A stretch of DNA of 64,000 bases from an uncultured Chloroflexia bacterium (GTDB lineage: Bacteria; Chloroflexota; Limnocylindria; Limnocylindrales; CSP1-4): contig CAWIHR010000054.1 in assembly GCA_963835945.1 (NCBI GenBank), forward strand, positions 8,727 through 72,726, given 5' to 3'. Every line of letters begins with the position of its first letter. The first letter of the stretch is position 1. The notes under the pieces were generated by a model. The model was given only the letters and a program-made list of their open reading frames with translations. It was not told the DNA's origin and did no database searches. This document shows, piece by piece, positions 1-10,324 of this stretch. The position numbers and the translations under genes are program-made.

Positions 1-593
1 GCCCCAGGATGAATGTCGATGCCCGTGCGGGAGTGCGCCACCTCGGCGAGCATGCGGGGAACTAACGGCACGCCCAGCTCGGCTAGCGCGTGAGCGACGC
101 GATGGAAGGCGAGGGCCGCGAAGCCCGGGTAGGCCAGCACAACCTCCGACACGCTGCGCGCGGCAGGGTCTCCGGCCTCGATAGCGGCCGCGTCGAGCTC
201 TAGGCGCTGATGGATCTCGGGCAGCGCCGCGAGGAACGGCTCGCAGAGGTCGGCAGCTGTCTGCGGCAGCGACTCCTCCAGCGGGCGGAGCAATTCGCCG
301 AGCTCCGAGCAGAGGTCATCGAGCTCGGCCCGCACCTGGGCCGAGGAGCGGGGCGGGCGGCGACCATCGGGGAAGAGCAGCCCCACCACCCGGTCCCCGA
401 GGGCCGCCACACGTCCTCGGTCGGGGAGGCGCCCGAAGCTTGTCGCCTCCGCGGCGGCGATGTGCCCGGCGAGCACGGCGAGCGGCTCAGTGTTGTCTGG
501 AACCGGAGGCGCCGGGGCGGCAGGGCCAGGCGGGTCGTCTGACCCGGGTACGGAGCGGTGGGATGACAGCATCGCAGGGGCCTCGAAGAGCAT
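1..593 (-). CDS. cysE: Serine O-acetyltransferase (EpsC/CysE type), runs off the left edge
   Basis: Manual translation gives GDPAARSVSEVVLAYPGFAALAFHRVAH...VPLVPRMLAEVAHSRTGIDIHPG. Start is ATG 593 or 572 (uncertain). Confidence 0.9.
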   Translation of the reverse strand, partial: MLFEAPAMLSSHRSVPGSDDPPGPAAPAPPVPDNTEPLAVLAGHIAAAEATSFGRLPDRGRVAALGDRVVGLLFPDGRRPPRSSAQVRAELDDLCSELGELLRPLEESLPQTAADLCEPFLAALPEIHQRLELDAAAIEAGDPAARSVSEVVLAYPGFAALAFHRVAHALAELGVPLVPRMLAEVAHSRTGIDIHPG

Positions 594-958
594 GCGGAAG
601 GGGCGCGGACGGTGCAGACGAGGGGTGCGGCGCTCGCTCGACGCAGCTCTGGAGGGACGTTGGCTCCATCAACGGGGGAGCCGGACGGGGTTCTCTTGGA
701 GGCTCAGGGCCTCAGGCGCGTTCCTCCGGGCGGCGAGCTCGCCGCCAGGGACAGGAGCAGGAGAACCACCGAGGCGCCACAGGACAACCATGCTAGCCCG
801 AACTTGCCGACTATGGGGACCGAAGGCCCGCCGGCGCGGGAACGTGCTGCGCCCTCTCGTCATCCCCATGCATCCACCAGCGGGCCCCACCCGCAAACCC
901 TCGCCGTGACCGGACGGGCGTCGCGCACGTCCGGATCGCATCGGCTGGTGAGGCTCGC

Positions 959-1692
959 TCAGGCGCTCGCCGGCGACTGCGTGCGGAGCATCCCCTCGGC
1001 CAGGAGCCGGCCGAGTTGATCCCACTCGACGAGGAACGCGTCATGGCCCTTGTTCGAGTGGATCTCGCGGTAGGCGGGGTCGACGCCGGCCCCCTCGGTC
1101 AGGCGCACGAGCTCGCGCACCTGCGCGGGCCCGAAGAGGATGTCGCCCGCGATCCCCACCCCGAGGAGCCGCGTCCCGCCTATGACCAGCCGGCGGAGGG
1201 CCGCGCCCGGGTCCCCCCGGCCGCGCCCGATGTCGTGGCCGTCCATCGCCCCCACGAGCACCCGGTACGTGTCGGCGTCGAAGCGATCCACGAGCTTGCG
1301 CCCCTGGTGCGCGAGGTAGCTCGTCACGGCATGGCGCCCGTCGGGTTCGCGGCGTCGACCGAAGCGCACGTCGAAGTCGGCTTCGCTCCGATAGGTGGTC
1401 ATGGCCAGGCGCCGGGCGAGGTCGAGCCCCTCGTCGCCCAGTCGCGCGATGAGCTCCAACTGGAGGTGGTCCCAGGCGAGGGCCAGGGGTCCCGTGGCGG
1501 CCGGCGCGGCGATGGGCATGAGGGTGTCCACGCTGCCTGGCCGCGCCAGCGCCACCTCGAGCGCCACCATGCCGCCCAGCGACCCGCCCACGACGAGGGA
1601 CAGCGTCTCGATCCCGAGCGCGTCGAGGAGCGCCCATTGCGCGCGCCTGGTCGCGCACGGACACCTGCGGGAACCGCGTGCCGTACGGACGC
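959..1692 (-). pseudogene. metX: Homoserine O-acetyltransferase, N-terminal third missing, frameshift near 1640
   Basis: PYGTRFPQVSVRDQARA/QWALLDALG, nucleophile motif GGSLGGM, DILF and C-terminal GHDAFLVE. The N-terminal HALTG region is absent. Confidence 0.85.
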
Positions 1693-1694
1693 GC

Positions 1695-1805
1695 GGTGCG
1701 CGGCGGGCGTCCGCGCACTGGTAGCTCACGTCGCCGCCGAGATCACGCATCGGGCGCAAGGTGCGTCCGCAGCTGCAACGCAAGAGGCCCGAGAGGAGGC
1801 AGGTC
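1695..1805 (-). pseudogene. Zinc-ribbon fragment of a large serine recombinase
   Basis: CLLSGLLRCSCGRTLRPMRDLGGDVSYQC resembles the recombinase Zn-beta-ribbon consensus (LLSGLLxC.CG...Y.C). Confidence 0.6.
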
Positions 1806-1841
1806 CCGGATCGCCCGCACGCTGCGACGCTGGCGCACCCC

Positions 1842-2615
1842 TCAGCCGACGAGGGCGACCTCAGGCGGCGGCGTGCGGGAGGAGGCCAGTCCAACCTCCG
1901 CGAAGATCAGGCTGGCCACGGCGGCGTCGCGGACCGCGCAGCCTGCGGGGTCGTTGTTGAAGTAGACGAAGCGGTCGGCATCCGGCGGCCACTCGGAGGC
2001 GAGCCGGCGGGCCCATGACTCGATCTCCGCGCCCGCGTAGCAGGGCCAGGGCTGGCCGAGGCCCTCGTGAAACCGCAGGTACGTCCAGTCCGCTGTCCGC
2101 CACAGCGGCGTGACCGGGCCGCGCCGGTCGGCCAGGCAGAGCGCCGCGCCGTGACGCTCGAGGACCCGCCGCACCTCGTCGACGAACCACGACGCGTGGC
2201 GGGGCTCGACGGCCACCCGCGTCCCCGCTGGAAAGGCGTCGAGCGTCGCATCGAGCGCCGCGGTGTCGCGCTCCAGCGACGGCGGGAGCTGGACCAGCAC
2301 CGGGCCGAGGTGCGAGCCGAGCCCAGTCCCCGCCTCCATGAAACGCTCGATCGGCTCGCGCGGTGCCTTGAGCCGGCGGATGTGGGTCAGGTACCGGCTC
2401 AACTTCACCGCGAAGACGAAGTCCGGCGGTGTGCGCGCCGCCCAACTCTCAAAGGTGGCACGCGACGGGAGGTGGTAGAAGCTCGCGTTGAGCTCGACGG
2501 TGGCGAAGTCGGCGGCGTAGTGCTCGAGCCAGCGCGCCGGCGCGAGCTCCCGTGGGTAGTAGCGGGCCCGCCAGTGCTGGTACTGCCAGCCCGAGGTCCC
2601 GATGAAGACCGGCAT
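1842..2615 (-). CDS. DUF72 domain protein
   Basis: IGTSGWQYxHW, TVELNASFY, LGPVLVQLPP, YLRFH and YFNND motifs. Confidence 0.95.
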   Translation of the reverse strand: MPVFIGTSGWQYQHWRARYYPRELAPARWLEHYAADFATVELNASFYHLPSRATFESWAARTPPDFVFAVKLSRYLTHIRRLKAPREPIERFMEAGTGLGSHLGPVLVQLPPSLERDTAALDATLDAFPAGTRVAVEPRHASWFVDEVRRVLERHGAALCLADRRGPVTPLWRTADWTYLRFHEGLGQPWPCYAGAEIESWARRLASEWPPDADRFVYFNNDPAGCAVRDAAVASLIFAEVGLASSRTPPPEVALVG

Positions 2616-3002
2616 CCGCCGATGCTACGGCGCTGGGGACGGCGCGCATCGAGCGACGGCCGCTCGCATGGTTCGCCTGCGGGTCTCCGGGCGGGGGCAG
2701 GGGAGCAGCCGAGCCCCGCGCGGCGGATCCAGGCTGCGGCTACGGTGCTGACGCGCCGGAAGCCGGCCTGTTGGAGGGAGATCAGGCGTGCGCGTCAGCT
2801 TCGGGCGCCAGCCTCACCCCGGGTGGCAGCCCACAAGAGGGCCGGACCGCAAGGGGCACGCTGCCGTCGCCGGTGGCCCCGCTCCACGGGTGGGCGACAA
2901 CCCCTGGCTACGGTCGTATCTCATTCCTGCCGAGTGTCTGGCCTCGGTGGGCATCGACGCGACCGCAAGGTACGGAACGCTTACAGCGCGTGTCCGTGTC
3001 CG

Positions 3003-3032
3003 TTGACACCCCCTCGCCGGCTCGCGTAGTGT
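3003..3032 (+). promoter_or_regulatory. Sigma70-type promoter for the leader-aroF transcript
   Basis: TTGACA (3003-3008), 18-nt spacer, TAGTGT (3027-3032), about 10 nt before the leader GTG. Confidence 0.65.
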
Positions 3033-3041
3033 TCGAACACC

Positions 3042-3080
3042 GTGAGAGCGTTCTTCTACTTCTACCGCGGCCCGGCATGA
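3042..3080 (+). CDS. Phe/Tyr-rich attenuator leader peptide MRAFFYFYRGPA
   Basis: GTG AGA GCG TTC TTC TAC TTC TAC CGC GGC CCG GCA TGA, directly upstream of hairpins and DAHP synthase. Confidence 0.85.
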   Translation: MRAFFYFYRGPA

Positions 3081-3123
3081 CCGCTCGGGGGTCCTGAGAC
3101 CCGAGCCGGGTCGTGCCGGGTGG

Positions 3124-3150
3124 GCAGAGGTCTGGGACCTCTGCTTTTTT
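3124..3150 (+). terminator. Intrinsic attenuator terminator
   Basis: Perfect 9-bp stem GCAGAGGTC-tgg-GACCTCTGC followed by TTTTTT. Confidence 0.9.
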
Positions 3151-3191
3151 GTTTATTCGCAGCGGGAAGCGCCAGGTGAAGGGTCGGTCGG

Positions 3192-4268
3192 ATGTTCGTG
3201 GTGATGGCCGTGGGGGCCAGCGAGGACGAGGTCAACGCCGTCAAAGCGCAGGTCCTTGCCGAGGGGCTGCACCCGCACGAGAGCCAGGGGGCTGACCGGC
3301 ACGTGATCGCCGTTGTGGGCGATGTCGGCCCGCGCAAGCAGGCCCTGATGAACCGGCTCTCCGCGCTGCCTGGCGTGGAGTCCGTGACGCCGATCACGCG
3401 GCCCTTCAAGCTCTCGAGCCGGGAGTTTCACCCCGGGGACACGGTGATCCGCGTGGGCAGCGCCATGATCGGGGACGGGTCGCTCACCGTCGTGGCCGGA
3501 CCGTGCTCAATCGAGAGCCGCGACCAACTCATGGAGACCGCGCTCGCCGTCGCTGCAGACGGCGCCACTATCCTCCGCGGGGGCGCCTTCAAACCGCGCA
3601 CCAGCCCGTACTCCTTCCAGGGGCTGGGCGTGGAGGGACTCCGTTACCTCGCCGAGGCCGGCCGCGAGACGGGGCTGCCCGTCGTCACGGAGGTCATGGA
3701 GCCCGGGCAGGTCGACATCGTCAACCGCTACGCCGACATCCTGCAGATCGGCACCCGCAACATGCAGAACTACTCGCTGTTGCAGGCGGTCGGCCGCGTC
3801 GACACCCCGGTCATGCTCAAACGCGGCTTCGGCGCCACGATTGAGGAGTGGCTGATGGCGGCCGAGTACATCGTCTCGGCCGGCAACCCGAACGTGATCC
3901 TCTGCGAGCGCGGCATCCGCACCTTCGAGACCTACACCCGGAATACCCTGGACATCTCGGCGGTGCCGCTGCTGCACCACCTGACGCACTTGCCAGTCAT
4001 CGTGGATCCATCGCATGCCACGGGCAAGCGATGGCTGGTGAAGCCGATGGCCCTGGCCGCGGTCGCCGCAGGCGCCGACGGCGTGATGGTCGAGGTGCAT
4101 CCGCGTCCTGAGACCGCGCTGTCGGACGGCGAGCAGTCGCTGACGCTGGAGCAGTTCCGCGACCTGATGCTGGCGATCCGCGCCGTTCACGGCGAGTGGG
4201 AGGCCTCCACCGGGACCCTGTCCTCGAGAGCCGCCGCGCTGGGCATCGGCGGCGGGAGCAAGCACTGA
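3192..4268 (+). CDS. aroF: 3-deoxy-7-phosphoheptulonate (DAHP) synthase, type I-beta with N-terminal regulatory domain
   Basis: [45 protein letters not shown] and DPSH motifs. Confidence 0.97.
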   Translation: MFVVMAVGASEDEVNAVKAQVLAEGLHPHESQGADRHVIAVVGDVGPRKQALMNRLSALPGVESVTPITRPFKLSSREFHPGDTVIRVGSAMIGDGSLTVVAGPCSIESRDQLMETALAVAADGATILRGGAFKPRTSPYSFQGLGVEGLRYLAEAGRETGLPVVTEVMEPGQVDIVNRYADILQIGTRNMQNYSLLQAVGRVDTPVMLKRGFGATIEEWLMAAEYIVSAGNPNVILCERGIRTFETYTRNTLDISAVPLLHHLTHLPVIVDPSHATGKRWLVKPMALAAVAAGADGVMVEVHPRPETALSDGEQSLTLEQFRDLMLAIRAVHGEWEASTGTLSSRAAALGIGGGSKH

Positions 4269-4569
4269 CATGGCGGCGGTCGCCATGATCACCTGTGTGG
4301 CTGCCACCATGAGTAGCAGCGGGCCGCTCCTTGGGCCTGGTCGGGGGGATCCCACTGGCAGCGTTGGTGGGTGGTCCCGCCTGACGCGGTGCTCGGCCGC
4401 CCACCGGTGCCCGGTGGCGCGGTCACGTGGTCGCCTGTCCGTGCCCCGCGGCCCGCCCCCGCAACGCGACCGATGGCCCCTGCTACTGCCCTCGCTACGG
4501 TCCTAGAATCGACCGGGCAATCCAATCACCGGACAGGAGGCCAGGCGGCACGAGTCCGCGGAGGGAGCC

Positions 4570-4986
4570 ATGGCCCAGCAGTTCATCGTGCAGCTCAAGA
4601 ACGAGCCGGGCGCGCTCGCGACCCTCGCCGAGGCGCTGGCCGCACGCGGCGTGGACCTGCGTGCGATCGGTGGCGGTGGCCTCGGGGATACGGGGCACGT
4701 GATCCTGACCACGGCCGACGACGACACCGCCCGGCGCGTCCTCGATGATGGCGGGTACACGTACTTCGAGGGTGAGTCGCTCCTGGCCGAGGTGGACGAC
4801 AAGCCGGGAGGGATGGCGAAGATCGCACGACGGCTGGCCGACGCTGGCGTGAATATCCAGGGCCACCTGTTCATCGGGCGGTGGGGGGACCGCGCCATGT
4901 TCGCCTTCGTGGTCGACGACCCGGAGAAGGCCCGGCCCGTCCTCGAGCAGGCGCGGCCACCTCAGCTGCCTGCGTCGCGGCCATGA
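4570..4986 (+). CDS. Tandem ACT-domain protein
   Basis: Two ACT repeats (KNEPGALA...GVDL; DDKPGGMA...GVNI). RBS GGAGGGAG. Confidence 0.85.
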   Translation: MAQQFIVQLKNEPGALATLAEALAARGVDLRAIGGGGLGDTGHVILTTADDDTARRVLDDGGYTYFEGESLLAEVDDKPGGMAKIARRLADAGVNIQGHLFIGRWGDRAMFAFVVDDPEKARPVLEQARPPQLPASRP

Positions 4987-5041
4987 TCCCCTCATGCTGG
5001 TCAGCCGACCAGCATGGTGACACTGGGTGGGCTGCCGCCCA

Positions 5042-6008
5042 TCACCAAGACTTCCAAGGCTCGACTGGACGCGGTTCGCGGGACACGCGGAGCAGCTCCG
5101 CCCGGAGCTCGGGCAGCTCGCTAAGCAGGCGCGGGATGTCCTCGATGTCGAACGGAGTGGCGCGGCCGTCCTTCATGAGCGCCACGATCCCCTCGTTCTC
5201 CGGCACGCTGCGCTCGGCCTCGGAGAGTCGAGGATACAACACCCACCGGCGCGCCTCGAAGGCGAAGTGGACCGTGTGCTGGGTCCCGCCCGCCAGGCCC
5301 ATCTGGACGGGCACGACCACGATCGAGAGCCCGGCCTGGATGCGATCCCGGGCCACGAAGGCGTCCGTCCCCGTAGTGCACCCGATGGGGTACTCCGAGA
5401 CGAGGGCGCCGCGCTCCTCGATCCGACGCGCCAGCTCGCGGTTCTCGGGCGGATAAACCACGTCAATGGCGGTGCCGAGGACGGCGACGGTGCGCCCGGC
5501 CTCGAGGGCTCCCTCGTGACCGGCGGTGTCGATGCCTGCGGCCAGGCCGCTCACCACCACCGCCCCGCCTTCGGCGAAGCGGCGCCCGAGGCGTCGGGCG
5601 ATCTCCCGTCCACGGAGAGTTGGGGTCCGCGTGCCGATGACCGCGACCGTCAGCGGGGGCGTTCAAGGCGTCCACCTCGCCCCGCACGTAGAGGATCGCC
5701 GGCGGATCGGGGACGACCGCCAGCAAGGGCGGGTAGGCGGCGGATCCGAAGGGCACCACGCGCACGCCGGTCTGCGCATGGCGCTCCAGTTCGCGCTCGG
5801 CCCACTCCCGCGCCGGCGGCCAGTCCCGCGAGATCTCTGCAAGGAGCGGGCCAGCCGCTGGCCCAGCCGCGCCGGCGAGATCGGCCTCCGCTGCTTGCTG
5901 GAAAGCTTCTGCGGTCGGGTACGTCGTGAGCAGCCTGATGGCGGTGCGCCTGTCCATGCCACACAGGCGAAGGAGGGAGAGGGCGTAGACCGCGGAGGGC
6001 TCAGTCAC
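5042..6008 (-). CDS. dprA: DprA/Smf-family DNA-processing protein, frameshift near 5650
   Basis: YPPLLAVVPDPPAILYVRG, VVSGLAAGIDTAGHEGAL, YPPEN, LVSEYP and RDRIQAGLS, split over two ORFs. RBS GGAGGAG before GTG 6008. Confidence 0.85.
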
Positions 6009-6277
6009 ACAATCTCCTCCCCCGTCGACGCACGAGCCGGCAGGCTCATTGTCGGGCCATCGCCAGGATTGAGGGAGCTCCGAGCCGACGACCAGGTGGT
6101 GCCCGCAGTCCGGCAGACAGAGGTCACACGTGTCAGGGTGCAACCGGACGCGAGTACCGCGGACGGTTGAGCGGGGCCCCGCAGATCAGCGGCCGAGCGT
6201 CCGGCGCCGCTGACGTTCCCAATCACCACCGGATCATGGTGAGGGGGCTGGCATCGGGCTCGGGTGGCCCGACTGGT

Positions 6278-6980
6278 TCAGGCGAGATCGAGGTCCACGA
6301 CGAGCGCCGCATGGTCCGTGATCCGGGGGACCCGCTCGGCCTCCGAGATGACCGCGAGCTCGCAGGCGGGGAGCCAGGCTCGGTGAGAGCAGGGCATGGT
6401 CCACGCAGAAGCCCTCGCCCCGGTTGCTGACCCAGGTGGACGCTCGCCCGTAGGGATGGAGCGCCCGCCAGGCGTCCGTCCAGCCGGCCTCGAGCAGGGC
6501 CTCGAACTCCCGTGCGGCGGAGAAGCTGGCGCCGGCCTCGTCCAGCTGGTGGCGCCCGGTGTTCCAGTCGCCCGCGAAGCAGTACGGACGGCCGATGCGG
6601 GTGGCGGCCAGGGCCAGGAACTTGTCGCGCCAGAAGGCGAGCGTGGCGCTCCCGAGGGGAAAGTAGACCGCGCCCAGGGTCAGGCTCCCCAGCTCGACCT
6701 CCAGCACGCGATGACCGTGCCGTCCGGTCAGTGGCTCGCGCACGCCACCGATCGGTTGGCGGGAGGCGACTGCCACCGTCTCGACCCCCGACGGTGGATG
6801 GCTGGTGGCCTGAGAGGTGAGCCCCCCGACCGCCAGCCGCCGCAACAGGCGGGCGCCCGCCTCGTTGACCCGAAACTCCGTCACCACGACCACATCGGGA
6901 TCGTGGCGCAGCAGCGCGGTCGTGATGGCCGGGACGCGCGGGCCACCCCCATGGTCGACGTTCAGGGTGACGAGTCTCGT
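6278..6980 (-). CDS. Endonuclease/exonuclease/phosphatase (ExoIII-like) protein
   Basis: RLVTLNV, DVVVVTE, AGDWNT, DAWR, DHALLS, and a frameshifted C-terminal TDHAALVVDL. Start is unclear. Confidence 0.75.
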
Positions 6981-7009
6981 GGCCCGACGTCTCCGCTGGC
7001 TGGCGCAGA

Positions 7010-7213
7010 CTAGGCCGCGCGCACCTTCACGGCGCGCGAACCCCTGGGGTTGGCCTCGATCTCGAAGGCGACGCGCTCGCCGCCCGCGAGTCGGTCGAAG
7101 TCGAGGGTGGGCTCCACGCCGCTGCGATGGAAGAAGTAGTCCTTCCGGTCGTCGCCGGTGATGAACCCGTAGCCCCGATCGGCGATGAGCTTCCTGACGA
7201 TGCCGCGGGTCAT
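7010..7213 (-). CDS. Cold-shock domain protein
   Basis: RGYGFI (RNP1) and YFFHRS (RNP2) motifs in a 67-aa ORF. Confidence 0.93.
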   Translation of the reverse strand: MTRGIVRKLIADRGYGFITGDDRKDYFFHRSGVEPTLDFDRLAGGERVAFEIEANPRGSRAVKVRAA

Positions 7214-7367
7214 GCCGGACCCCTGTATCTCACTTCCCGAACCGGACGGCAGACGCACGGTCTGTTCGAGAAGGGGGATCGACCACGCGGAGCATCGCCG
7301 CGAACGGCGGCAGTGCCTGCACTATACGCGCAGCACGGGAGCTCGGGCGCCGGCCGGTCCCCTGAGC

Positions 7368-7622
7368 CTAGTCGAGCGAGATGCTCTCCTGACGAGGCAG
7401 CGCGTCGGAGGGCTCCTTCTCGAGATGCTCGATCCGATGGTCCAGGAGGGCCCGGGCCGCGAGCAGCCGCTCCTTGCGCGCGGCACGCAGGTGCGTGCGC
7501 ACCTCTGAGGGCACCACGTCACGCCAGAGTCCGATGAGCCCCCTGGGCGCTCGCGCGCTCCGTGCCTCCACCGCCGCCAGCCGCTGCTCCAGCTCCGCCA
7601 GCCGGTCCTCAAGATCGGTCAT
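7368..7622 (-). CDS. Small hypothetical coiled-coil protein
   Basis: MTDLEDRLAELEQRL... with upstream AGGAG and protein-like composition. Confidence 0.65.
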   Translation of the reverse strand: MTDLEDRLAELEQRLAAVEARSARAPRGLIGLWRDVVPSEVRTHLRAARKERLLAARALLDHRIEHLEKEPSDALPRQESISLD

Positions 7623-7888
7623 TGCTTCGACGCTCCTGCCTTGCCGCGCGGTCTCGCCGGACACGGACCCTGTGACTCATGCTGCGGCGGCATCGAGGCG
7701 GTCGCCAGTGCCGGACGAACCTGTCCGAGGGGCGGCGGGCAGTCAGCCCCACGCATGTGACCTCCGCCCTGTCGGCCGGCATCGAGGTGGCAGTGGCGGG
7801 GTCGCGCATTCAAAGTCGGCCGAAGACGGGACCTGTGGTAGCGGGCCGAGCGAGCGGTCCTCTTTGCCTGACGGAACCGGATGCTGTC

Positions 7889-8632
7889 CTAGCCGTTCCC
7901 GGTCCGCGCGGCCCCGAGGCGCGCGCGCGATGCCACCATCAAGGCGACCGCCTCGTCCACATTGTCGGTAACGGTCAGCAGGTCGACGTCGGACGGGTCG
8001 ATCTTGCCCTCGGCCGCCACCCGCGCCCGCAGCCAGCGCAGCAGCCCGGCCCAGTACGCCGTGCCAATCAGCACCACCGGGAAGTGATCGATCTTGTTGG
8101 TCTGCACGAGCGTGATCGACTCGAACAGCTCGTCGAGGGTGCCGTACCCGCCAGGGAAGATCACGAACCCCTGCGCGTACTTGACGAACATCATCTTGCG
8201 CACGAAGAAGTAGCGGAAGCTGACCGACAAGTCCGTGTATTCATTGACGCGCTGCTCGTTGGGGAGCTCGATGGTGCAGCCGATCGACAGCCCGCCGCCC
8301 TGCTGGGCGCCCATGTTGGCGGCCTCCATGATGCCGGGACCGCCTCCCGTGATCACCGCGAAGCCGGCCTGGGCCAGGCCTCGCCCGAGGGCAATCGCAG
8401 CCCCGTACATGGGGTCGCTGGACCCTGTGCGCTCCGACCCGAACACGGTCACGGCGGGTCCCAGCCGCGCCAAGGCCTCGAAGCCGCTGATGAACTCGCC
8501 CAGGATCCTCAGAGACCGCCAGGCGTCCGTCTCCAGGAACGAGACATCCTGGTATGGCTTCGTCTCCAGCAGCTTGCGGTCCGCGGTGGCGTGGGGAAGG
8601 AGCTGCGACTGCCGTCCTCGTTGCTCGGTCAT
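7889..8632 (-). CDS. LOG-family nucleotide phosphoribohydrolase (TIGR00730)
   Basis: ITGGGPGIMEAAN, YFFVRKMMFVKYA and PGGYGTLDE. Confidence 0.95.
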   Translation of the reverse strand: MTEQRGRQSQLLPHATADRKLLETKPYQDVSFLETDAWRSLRILGEFISGFEALARLGPAVTVFGSERTGSSDPMYGAAIALGRGLAQAGFAVITGGGPGIMEAANMGAQQGGGLSIGCTIELPNEQRVNEYTDLSVSFRYFFVRKMMFVKYAQGFVIFPGGYGTLDELFESITLVQTNKIDHFPVVLIGTAYWAGLLRWLRARVAAEGKIDPSDVDLLTVTDNVDEAVALMVASRARLGAARTGNG

Positions 8633-9432
8633 GCGCGGCAGGATACCCCTGTGTCCCTGGGCGGACCCTGCGCCCCCAGACGCTCACGCGAATGCGCAAT
8701 CAAAGGGTCCTCCCGCTCTCGTGCAGGGGTCCTCGGGTCGCAGGCGGCACCCGCGGCTCCAGGATGTCCGGTGGAGCGGCACGTGCCCGCGTTCACCACC
8801 GGAGCCGTCAGCCCCTCACCATCGTTCCATGGTGTCGGGGTCGCGACCCGCTGTCGTCCGGTGATGATGCCTGCGGTCGCGCGGTTAGAGGTACCAGCGC
8901 CGGATCGAGGCCTGGTCCGAGGAGGCGCGGGCCTGCGCGGAGCGGGCGCGGTCGATGGCGCGACCAGCGTGCCAGGACTGCAGCGGATCGGGCCTGGACG
9001 GCAGTCGCTGACCACGTTCCGGACGGATGCTGCCCCAATCTCCTTCGTCGGACTCGCAGAGTCGGTCGGCACGCGGTCGTGCGGGGAGGAGGTCGGTGCG
9101 CGTCATGGTGGACGCGCCGATTGTGCGCCTTCCGGAGCCCGCAGCGCGTGGGATTGCGGCCCGCATTGGGGTCTCGCGCCCTGTGCGTGGACCCTCGGCA
9201 CCAACGAGAGCAACCGCCGCTGCCGGCAGTACGGTGGGCGATCCGGCACTGGGCTCAACGGTCCGGCCGATCAGGCAACTCCCAGCACGCTCTGGGTGGG
9301 TTCCGAGCGGTGACCCTGTGGAGTCTTGCCCGGCCGGCGGGGTGACCGACGCCCCCGCGCTTCGGGGCGAGCGGCACTACACCACGTCCGCGGAGCCCAC
9401 GATGCTGAGGAACCCTCGACGGAGGCGCTGCT

Positions 9433-9534
9433 TTGGACTCCGGGTTCCTGTTCCTGCTGAGCCTCGTCCTGGCCGTCGTCCTGCTGCAGGCCGCGTTCGC
9501 GGTTCGGCGCGTGTGGAGGGGGCGTCGCCCGTGA
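9433..9534 (+). CDS. 33-aa single-TM peptide, copy 1 (MDSGFLFLLSLVLAVVLLQAAFAVRRVWRGRRP)
   Basis: GGAGG RBS and TTG start. Stop overlaps the regulator start (GTGA). A paralog lies at 14454-14549. Confidence 0.65.
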   Translation: MDSGFLFLLSLVLAVVLLQAAFAVRRVWRGRRP

Positions 9535-10184
9535 ACGCACCCATGGTTTGCGACCCGCTCCGGCTCCTGGTCGTGGACGACCACGAGGTGGTGCGTCAGG
9601 GGCTAGTGGCCCTGCTGGCACGGCGGGCGCGGTTCCAGGTCGTGGCGGAGGCCGGCACCGTGACGCAGGCGCTGGAGGCGGCCCGCACGTACCACCCTGA
9701 CCTGGTCGTGATGGACGCCCGGCTGCCCGATGGCTCAGGCATCGCGGCCTGCCGCCAGATCAGGCACGAACGACCGGCGACGCGCGTGGTGATACTGACT
9801 GGCTACGCCGACCAGGGGGCAGTGGTCAGCGCGATCGTGGCCGGCGCGAGCGGGTACCTCTTGAAGGACAGCCGGGGGCGCGACCTGGTGACCGCGCTCG
9901 AGGCGGTGGGGCGCGGCGAGTCGCTCCTCGACCCGGCCGTCACCGAGCTGGTGCTCGAGCGCCTTCGGTGCACCCCGGGCGGGACCTCCAGCGAGAAGCT
10001 TGCCGCGCTCACTCCCCAAGAGCAGCAGATCCTGGAGCGCATCGCCGAGGGCAAGACCAACAGACAGATCGCGGCGGAGCTGTTCCTCTCCGACAAGACC
10101 ATCAAGAACTACGTCAGTACCATCTTCGCCAAGCTCCATGTGCGGCGCCGTGCCCAGGCCGCCGCGGTCGCCGCCTGCCGCTAG
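9531..10184 (+). CDS. NarL/DevR-family response regulator
   Basis: VVDDHEVVRQG, VVMD, GYLLK, and a LuxR HTH (LTPQE...GKTNRQIAAELFLSDKTIKNY). Confidence 0.93.
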   Translation: MNAPMVCDPLRLLVVDDHEVVRQGLVALLARRARFQVVAEAGTVTQALEAARTYHPDLVVMDARLPDGSGIAACRQIRHERPATRVVILTGYADQGAVVSAIVAGASGYLLKDSRGRDLVTALEAVGRGESLLDPAVTELVLERLRCTPGGTSSEKLAALTPQEQQILERIAEGKTNRQIAAELFLSDKTIKNYVSTIFAKLHVRRRAQAAAVAACR

Positions 10185-10324
10185 CTGTCCGGGGCCGCGT
10201 AACCCGATCCGCCACCACCCCGCGTTCCTGGGGGTCCCGGCGTAGTCAGGCGTACCATGACGCTCCGACCCGCGGCCGCCGGGTCCGCTTCATGATCGGT
10301 GCCCCGGGCGGAGGAGGCATCGCC

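Noticed and set aside
600-958. Possible SAM riboswitch or T-box upstream of cysE
   Set aside because: No recognisable SAM-I core or T-box motif on the minus strand.
2788-3006. 72-aa ORF with an SD-like sequence upstream of the aroF promoter
   Set aside because: No recognisable motif, and it overlaps the promoter. Could be real but is unsupported.
7688-7787. Short repeat CGGCATCGAGG occurring twice
   Set aside because: Only 11 bp in GC-rich DNA, so chance is plausible.
8885-9106. 73-aa minus-strand ORF in a long intergenic gap
   Set aside because: No SD or motif support.
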